A DNA stretch of 64,000 nucleotides from Ophelia neglecta (lineage: Eukaryota), in the NCBI GenBank assembly GCA_965285935.1, contig OZ260664.1:40858001-40922000 (forward strand), read 5' to 3'. Positions 54,815 through 64,000 of the stretch are shown here, in pieces; position 1 is the stretch's first letter, and the number at the start of each line of letters is the position of its first letter. A program made the translations under genes and the position numbers. The notes under the pieces are model-generated. The model was given only the letters and a program-made list of their open reading frames with translations, was not told the origin of the DNA and made no database searches.

Positions 54815-57800
54815 ATGTCGTTTCTAAATTCGTGTTGCTGTTGGCGGAATCTCCGCTCAGCGTGTATTGCATCGATCACATTCATTCTGGTAAGTGTTTT
54901 TGATTAATTAGAATAAAACCAGTCAGGCCTACGTCGAAACTGTTAAGCGGGTTATGAAATAGGCTGACCTCGGCTGACTGAAGTGCCTACCGGTGTATCG
55001 GTCTTAGTGTAGTTAGCTAAGGCGCGATGTAAAGCTCTTGACATAGATTCTACAGCTGCCTAGCATCTCTGTCTACCGTCGGAATTCATCACACATTATG
55101 AATTACTAGCTGAGAAGCTACAAACACAGTTGGGAATTCATCTCACAGTAGGCCTATATGGGCCTATCATGGCCTATGTGTATGCAGCAGTCCCTTATCT
55201 GGTAGTCTTAAAATAGAATGAGGGCCTATCTCGGGACACTCTGGAGGGGGGAGAATAGGGGGGGGGGGGGGTGTTACATCCTGCTTGAACCTTCAAAGGT
55301 TTCACGTGCCTGCTATGCTTTTTGTAGTTTTTCTAGGGAAGTTTCCGCCAAAAATCAATCATTTATTTCAGACACTCTATACCACGCAATAAGAAGTGTT
55401 CTCATGCTGTTATATATATTTCCAACTACAGGGGAATGTTGAATAAATTAAACCCAACGAATCTCGTTCCACCACAAATTTGTTTATGCGATTTTAGCTA
55501 CTGACTATTTAAACATATTCGGGGAAAAACGTAAAAGTGTCACATGTTAGCTATAGTACTAATTTATATTTAAAGCTCAGGAGTAAATTTTGGTCTTTTT
55601 GGTGTATGTATGCATAACGTTATAACTAAACTCAACCTGTTGGATGAATCAAGAAAAGTAACATTGGGGCCCACATTGTTTTTTTGTTCGGCATGTATCC
55701 AAGTATAAATCTATTAGGTTTTTAGGCCTATAAAATATTGGTTGAAATGTCCAACTTTCGATGTTGAGACCATGTTTTGCACCTTTAAGAGTGATTGATT
55801 CAATATGAAAGTTAGGAATACCTCATGTCCCATTGAAAAAAAAAACTCGTTAATGGAGGCATTAATAGCCCGAATAGTTTGGAACCCCATTAAGAAAAAA
55901 AAGTGTACAAGAAAGTACATCTGTACATCAGGAGAATGGTTCTGTCGGTATACGTGTGGTTTTCACTTGAACTTGCTGACCAGAGACCCATTTAGACCGA
56001 GCCCTACGATTCTCGTATTGGCCTTTGTACACCGGATAACATTAACTGGTTTTCGCGGACGCTTCAAGCCGATCATGCTGTTCACTGTTTCATAACAAAC
56101 GACAAATCATCCTCGTTCTTTTTATATACATAAATAAATGTATGCATGAATACAGGACAGGGACAACCAAACACACAGATACAATTAAGCACAGGCACCA
56201 TTTTATTCACACTGGTAAACCCTTTAAAAGGTATGATGACACTGAGACTGGAAATGAGGGCCCAAACATCTCCATTGTCAGACACTTTAATCCACATGTT
56301 TCAAAATGTTATCAATATAAAATATAGTTAGATGCAAACGATGCAATGAATGACGCACGAACACAATTTTTGTGATATTCGTGGTCGATTTACGGCCCCG
56401 TCAACAACGACATGGTTCTGAAAACTATAGTTAAGGCAAGAACAACATTACAGGGTGTTGCTAGGGGTTCCCACTTATCTAAGTATTTGGCAAATTTGCT
56501 GTTGTTCACTGGTAGTTGTCTTTAACAGAGTTTATGTTCTGTACCTATGACAATGCGACATTGAAGATTGCCACATTGTGTTCAAGAAATGACGTGTATA
56601 GCCCCCAATACATATTTTTACTATTAGGATAATAAGGTTTTGTATTCCCAGTTTAGAGTTTAACAAAAGCATGCTTTGTAAACAAACCTTCTTCGCAGTA
56701 TTGGTTACACAACCACTCGTTCACTTTAACCCACAATACATTTACATGAACAGACGACCAATAGCGATGTAATGCCAAATCCAAACAAGAGTTGCAAAAG
56801 TCACATTTAGTTGTATTAAGCTGCCCAGTTTTGTAGAGTTTGCCGTTTTAAAATAAAATTCTATGAACAAATTTATATTGGACTTCCTGTAGCATTACTG
56901 ACGTTGATTGTCAAGGTACATGTGAAAATATAGTTTCTCGTAGCAATTTGTTACCCAAGTATTTGCGGACCACACAAGGTTTTTAACATATCTAAGAGAC
57001 CGACACTAGCTTGTAACATATCTTCTTGTTATATTTTTAATCCAAAATGACATCAGTCCATTTCAAGTCTTCTTTACTTCCATTATTTCTGTTATACAGA
57101 CTTTATATTTTCTAACAATAAACAATGTACATTAATGATATCCTTGCCTTGGATTTCACTAGGTGACAAAAAATCGCTCACGAAGTAAGCCTAACACTTT
57201 TATTATTAATCATCAATTGTCAATCCGGTTTTTTCTAAAGAGATTACTTTTTAATAAGCGCAAAAATATCTGATCCTTACACCTTGAAAGTTTTTACACA
57301 ATGAAGCTCAACAATATAGTAATGGTACCATTACTAACTGTTAACATACATTAACACCATTCCGATTGTAAAACATAGAAATATACCATAATTAAAGACA
57401 CTAAATGGCCCTCATGGTGCTTATGAGTCGCTGAACCCAAAAAACCAAACCGAAATAGGCCTACATAGAGGTAACAGCTAATTTGGAAACCTAGTACAAA
57501 TTAACACAGTGAAACCTGTAAATTGAGGCCACCTAGGGGACTGGAACATATTGTCTGAATATGGGCGTGGTCTGTTTAGCCAGGTTATTTTACATTGAAA
57601 GTATGCAGTAAGGTCTTCAAATAAGTGGTCTGAATATAGAGTGGCCTGAGTATAGAGGTTGTCTCGTTTTTACTGTATGGTGAAACTAAACAATGAATGT
57701 TTGATGTAAGCATGTCGATCCCTTGTGTCAAGGTAATGCTTAAAAACTTTCTCTCTCACTACCGACTATAATCATGACTTTTAATTCGAATTTATATCGA

Positions 57801-60800
57801 ACCGTGTTTTTGTGTGTGTTATTTTTCCGCAGGTCACAGAGAGGGTGGTACACATTTTACGGTCTGATTGATAGCTTTCCGCATCGGTGCCAGTTACCTT
57901 TAAAAAAACGCATGTTTCCTCGACTAGAACACGAAGGCCCGTGGTTTGTGGGCACATACATATAGGGGCCTAGTGTTGACACGGGCCATTGATTACAAAA
58001 CATCCAACTGAACTTGGAGAGGCATGGAGGCATTCCGTGTTGTACTTGTGTGAATCGTGTGCTGATTCATGATCTGAAGATGGCTAGTATTGTTGTGGCG
58101 GCACTGTAGCATTAACGTTGAACTGTTCAACCCACTGTTCAGTCGGTGTGGAGAACCAATACTAGTTATACCGTTTGCGCTGCAAATCACTTTTACAACA
58201 ATGAAAGTAGTGGTAGAGTGTGAGGGCAATTGAGTCCAGCAGAGACAAAAAGCACCCTCAACCCACGCCCCGCCCATACTCTTTACCTATAGTCTTTGGC
58301 AACATAATTCAACATATTCTAATGTTAATTTTTTGAAACTTTGAGGTGCTGTCGTATGATCGAACCTTTAGGTACATTTTTAGGTAACTTACTTTCAATG
58401 TTTAAAAAATGTTTTCTTTTTTTTCCGTAATAATTATTTCTGTGGCCGAGTTTTGTCTTTTGCTAGGGTGTCTGTTTATTCGTAGAGTGATGGTCGATAT
58501 ATAAATCGTTTTCAGAAGCACATTTTGCACTTAAGTGAACCCCGTCTAAAAACGCGCCCTGTCTAGAATTTCCATAGAGAAGATCATTAATAGGGCGGAT
58601 TTGGTGCCTCTTGGGCGGTATATGAAAAGCGTTCACAACGAGAAAGTTACAGGCCTACAGCTACAATTTTGGGTCTGTATTTTAAATGATGCCCTTGATG
58701 ATAGGAGTAGAGTATATGTGTAGGGTCCACGCTGAGAACGCCTGTCTTGCCTTCCTATGTACATTGCGACAACCCAGCTCTTACCGTATTATAACTTCAC
58801 CAATGCCTGTCAGCCGTGTATATACGGCTGGTACCGGCATTTGTAAAGTTATAATTAATTAATGATAGTTCACTGTTATTGAATGGGAAGATGTTCTTTA
58901 ATATATATAGGGACATGCAGCTTTATGGCTCACAAATGAATAAGAGGCATGATACTGCCTCACGAACTTGTTCCTTCAATTCTCCAGGGTGCGTCTTGCT
59001 TCCTATAGGGGCTATATCTTGCAACTCCGGCTTATTTTATTTCTCGAAAGACATTGACTGCCCTAGCTGTATAGCTGTTTTTTTCGATGTACCATAACTT
59101 AAGTATCTTTCCCGCAATATTTAGGCCGAACGGTATGGTATCTCTGAAGTGTCGTGAGTTATAATAACATTAGCTACCAGATATCAGAAATTCACTTGGA
59201 AATGGTCTGGTGGATGTGTGGAATTGAACTACTACCCTCGTATGCTCTACAAGGTGGATACGGGATAAACGGGGTAGACTATCAGGAATTTGTTTCTAAG
59301 GAACCGTCTGCAAGAAGCACCAGGAAGAAGCTTATCGTCATTTTTCCGGAACTGTACAGTTCATATTTGAAACAAAATATTTCACCGCCCCCCCCCCCCC
59401 CTTCCTTTTTTAAATATAACGTTTTCCATAATGCGAGACAGGCCTCAAAACGAGTCGACGTTCAAGTTGGGACAGAGTTGAAATATGCCATAGGTGTGTG
59501 AGCCCTATGATCGCTTGAATCATATCGACATAGAGCCGAAGTTTAAGTAGAGTAAAGTAGCATATAGAAAACCACTAGGAGCAGGATAATTTCATCCGTA
59601 CTATTTTGCCAAGGTGAAACATGTGTGTAGGAATTGAACAAATCATTTAATAACAAAGCCTTTTCTGAAAAAGAAACGTGTGCAATGAGGGTGGTTTAAT
59701 GTTATAAGTCTAGCTTCATTTTTCAATCTCATCACAAGAGCTGATAATAAAAATACTAATTTAAATATGTTGTAAGCTCGAGGCCCTCGTGTAGGCTCTT
59801 ACAGTAATGTGTGTTTGTTCGGAACATGTGAAAAAGAAGATAAACTCCAATACAGACATTTTAGATGCTTGCAACTCTTGTGCTGTAGACCTATCTACTT
59901 TTTATAGCCACACTCTCGTGATCCAAGGCTCTGCCTTTATCATATTATTCGTTACCTCAACTTGATCCATATTAATGGTAATGATGTTGTTTTCTTGCAG
60001 ACGACTTCCTTCGTCCACTTGATGTTACACCTGGCTTTATACTTTGGTTGGGGACTAGAGCTGGGAGGCGGATGTACGTCATCGTGATTTTATCATCATT
60101 TATTTCTCGATAATCTATTATCTTTTATTTCTCGATTAATTGCGTCTATGATTATTATGAACAGGTTACGAATTTGACAAGTAACCACTACTGTCTGTTC
60201 TTATGATATCATCACATCCGTACGTTTTCTTCCAGCCGGGAATTGGTTGACAGATTATCTTTATTTCGGCCTATATGTCGGGCTTGCCGTAATGGACGCT
60301 TTCGTTATTATTTTTGCCTGTGTTGCGCTTTGGGCTGAAGTCAGGGTGAGTATGAGACACGTGCTGGTTAGCACACACTGCGTCGGCGCACAGGCACTTA
60401 ATTGAACATCCGGCTTTTGTGGATAATTTTGTATTATTTTTCCTATTTTGGTTGGACCGATAGAAATTGTCTCCGAAACCACGGATTGTAAGTAAATTAC
60501 ATTCACATATAGATCAAAGGTTATTCAACCTATTTTATTTTATTTTTCCTGCGGACATATTCAAAATAGTTACCCTGTCAGCATTCTGGTATTAGTCAAA
60601 GGTCCACACCATCGGAGTTTCCCCCGTAAACATTACAAGATTCCAAAAAGAATCTAGAGGTTAATTCTTTTTTGTATTGGAACTTGTATTTAATTTACAT
60701 AGGCCTAGTAGAATTAAAAAAAAATTGACTTTTGCTTAAATAATTGTTGAACCCAATTCCTTTTTTCATCCAAGTGACTATATATTTATGGACCATTTAA

Positions 60801-61824
60801 CTGTTTTTTTCTTCCCGACTTACCGAACCTTTTTACTTTACTTTGCAAGACGCATATAAACTATTCAGACAATGACTACATATGCATGTGGGGTTAATCA
60901 AAAAGTAGACAAATGAACGTCTTGTGAACTTTGTGTGTTTTCCATCGCAGATCAGTTACCGGCGATCGTTCATGCTCCCCCTGTTGATCATCATGCCTAT
61001 ATATATTCTGTATGAAGCCGGCACCAATATATATTTCTTCGTTGTGATGTTTGAGGGATTGAACTCCTCTACAGGTCTCATAACCGTGGGCGGGTCAAGC
61101 CTCTTTGGCAACTCAGTTGGTACTGTGAATGGAATACCTATCGGGGTAAGTCTATGACTAATGCCTTTTACCCTTGTTGGTCTATAATTAACATCACAAA
61201 TTACCTTATTTCAGTAAGCATATAGGATAATTCAAATTTATTACACTGCCCGTAGTACTAAAACTTTAAACATCCATGAGGAAAGGGCAATCCAACCTGC
61301 GGACACGCTACACACAAATAATTGAGCTCCTCTTTTTTTTCTCAGACGATTGCCACGGCCTTGGTATATTGGTTGGTCAAACTTGTGATAATAGTAAGTA
61401 AAGTTATAGCTGTGTATTACCAACGACAAGGAAATGCTATACGTGTGTATGTTCTAAACAATTACCATGGGATTACCTAGGCCCTTATCATCATTAAACT
61501 TCACTTTGTTTATACTAGTCGATCTGCTCGGGGTGTGTTTGAGTTACGATTGTGATCTTCCACCGTATCTTTCAGGTGGCTTGCTACGTGGCGATAATGT
61601 CTGCCTTCCAGGAGGCCGGATACCGAACACCTGCCTACCATCACCACGAACGCGCGGTGGACAACCCCTACTCGATCAGAACTAATCCGTACGACATGTA
61701 TGGACGGGGCCACAGGCACACCAACTACCCACCGGAGTTTAGAGAGTACCGCGAGAAGGCCATGTATGACAGGGCCCCAAGACACCACCCTATCGAGTAC
61801 AATAGGGATTACAGGAACTACTAG
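54815..61824 (+). CDS. Four-transmembrane protein, paralogue B (249 aa; LAPTM/DUF4728-like architecture)
   Basis: Exons 54815-54889, 60001-60073, 60236-60345, 60951-61145, 61346-61393, 61576-61824 (GT-AG; phases 0,1,0,0,0; 750 nt). MSFLNSCCCWRNLRSACIASITFIL|TTSFVHLMLHLALYFGW...LYVGLAVMDAFVIIFACVALWAEVR|ISYRRSFMLPLLIIMPIYILYEA...|TIATALVYWLVKLVII|VACYVAIMSAFQE, followed by a Y/R/H/P-rich tail. Confidence 0.9.
57507..57675. mobile_element. Short CAGT...ACTG MITE (pogo/Tc1-type) in intron 1 of paralogue B
   Basis: CAGTGAAAC at the left and GTTTTTACTG|TA at the right; internal repeats of GTCTGAATAT and GTGGTCTG. Confidence 0.55.
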
Positions 61825-64000
61825 ACTTAAACCACTAGACATTTCAACTACTATATTTCAGTTACTAAACTTCAGCTACTTGAGGGTGCAAAAATGATTT
61901 TACTATACAAAAGCCAAATTACAAGGTACATATAATTTCAAACTTAAACAATAGGCCCCATCTTCCATAAGATGAAAGTCGAAGGACGTATAGTTGGTAT
62001 TTATTATGTGCAGCATATTTAGCTACGAACAAATAGTGCCAGGTATATTTACTGCCAGTCGGAAAAAAACATATCTTCTTTTCCCTCTCTATCCCTTTCA
62101 TTGAAAAATAACCCATTATCTGGTAGTGATAGCCACGTGTGTTATCTATATAAGTGACTCCGATCAACATGGCAGAAGCGCGGATACCAGCATCAGCAAA
62201 ATAATTGCGGTGTTAGGAAAAATGTGTTAACTTATATTTGTATTTAAAATATTCAGTAAAAAGAGTAAATAACCATAATCTAGGTATCCAATTAAACTCG
62301 TTTGTGCACGTCAGTTGAAAAATAATGGTGAATTGATATTAATAAAATAATGCATGCATTCTGCCTTTGTGTTTATTTGTTCCATTCTAGAAAGGTACAT
62401 TCGATTTGTCCATTGACATATATGACCTATCAATTTTAGGGGGGGGGGGGACTCTGACAAGATGTACCATATCAAACTGATTGCTAAGCCATAGAAATAG
62501 TCAGTAAATCTGATAATACGAGTTCAGTCAGCATAGATGTCTCATTAATCTTTGAACTTTATTTATCCTACTATTAAATGACCCAGCCAGCCGTAAGGGT
62601 ATGATGATTTATTTTAATAGATTCCTCTAGCCTTTCACCTTGGGGCAAGGACATTGGTGAAAAGAACCATGTACAGTAAACTGGGCTTCTGCATCCTAAG
62701 TAATAATGCACAAGAGTCAACCCTCAATAGTCTCTCCCATGAACATCATAAGGAATTTCAAAAAGACTAAATGTTTCTTGAATAGGCCTATATTTTATAG
62801 ATATTTCAGATATGTAAAAGTTTAAAGACCCGCAGACATGTTTGTAGATATGCGTTTAACGTTTGGTATCAAAATCTTCAGCTGAATGCGCACTATTGAA
62901 AAGCCAGCGATCAAAGCTTTTAAAGGTTTATTAACTCGCAGCCTCTGAAAAGGCATGGAGTACAAAAACAATAATACTTTAATATGTCGAAATGGTAGAC
63001 AATACTATTTCTTTTAAATAAGTTCATATCTTACAAAGAATTATGGACAACTGAGACAACTGAGACCTTGTGTTTTGCCATTAATCAGACGGACACATTT
63101 ATAAGTATACTTGTGCGTTGATGATAGATTACTGGTAAATACTGCTTACGAAGTTCCGTGATAACCATGATTTTCCATCCGAGAACAACATGATATCCAT
63201 CACTTTGGTCTTCACAAAATGTACAATACCTTTCAGCTCTATAGGAGTCCGTTATACCGACCAGTTTCTAAAAACAAGCAGTACTTACTCACACGACATC
63301 ACAAAACGTAATATCTCAAAGTGCTTATGAGGTAGTTCTATAATGGGCGTTAGTTTTCAATGTTCTACAGACTTAACACGATGGGCTGGTGGAAATATAA
63401 TCGAGCCAAGACTGTATAGAGTGCTCTGTCAACATTATTTCCCTGTTTTTCAAACAATGGAATGTTTTGCACACCTCTGTGAGCATATGTATTTGGACAG
63501 CCACTTCTTCAAGCGTTAAGTCTTAATAGTTTAGTCACGGGCCTGTTAATATCCCTGTCTCCTGTAAACTATCAATATATTGATATAAGGATAGCAAAGC
63601 TAAATGTACGAGTTTCCCCCTGCGCTACATGAGCCAAATATGTAACCATCCTCGATTTAATAATGACAGCCAACGGGAGTCTGCCAGTTTCGCCATATTC
63701 AGTATCATATTAATAGGCCTACATGTCGATTTTTACAATTTCAGAGCAGATTTACACAAGCGCACTTACACCGCTGAATTAAATCAATATAACTAAACCT
63801 CTATTACTTCACAATCGTAAGTTAAGATGCGAGTGACAAGTATATCAAAAAGTTCAATTTGATCCTAATCTAAAACATATGTATTTGTAAGCAATGACAT
63901 CTTAGCTCTAGATGCTTGTTCTACAAGAACTTGGATACACGGAGTAAAGTAACCATTAAATTTGAATACAATACCTTAGTATTTCAATTGCTCTACACCT

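Noticed and set aside
59125-59153. Possible micro-exon in intron 1 of 4TM paralogue B
   Set aside because: 29 nt would shift the frame; exon 1 already joins 60001 in phase and matches paralogue A.

Overview
AT-rich, intron-containing animal genomic DNA. Gene content and repeat types suggest an invertebrate, possibly a lophotrochozoan, but this is inference. Most ORFs in the supplied track are spurious or exon fragments, so I reconstructed five spliced genes by hand from GT-AG boundaries and reading-frame phase. (1) Coronin-7 (CORO7), + strand, 22 coding exons at 1521-16535, with its 5' end outside the window. (2) UFM1, - strand, 18710-22304, absent from the ORF track; its ATG is split by intron 1 and its precursor ends in VG-CILL, a textbook CaaX (geranylgeranylation-type) box. 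(3) A 17-exon, 767-aa signal-peptide protein, - strand, 24731-33934, with motifs resembling clan GH-D (GH27/GH36/raffinose-synthase-like) glycosidases. (4, 5) A tandem pair of diverged four-transmembrane paralogues (42384-46528 and 54815-61824) with identical exon phases, N-terminal CCC and Tyr/Arg/Pro-rich tails. Non-coding DNA holds two nested PIF/Harbinger-type MITE insertions (one with 24 perfect copies of a 12-mer), four decayed LINE fragments, smaller MITE/SINE/HINE-like remnants and minisatellites. There is a visible shift from CpG-poor to CpG-normal sequence near 21-22 kb. All family assignments are by motif recognition; no searches were run.
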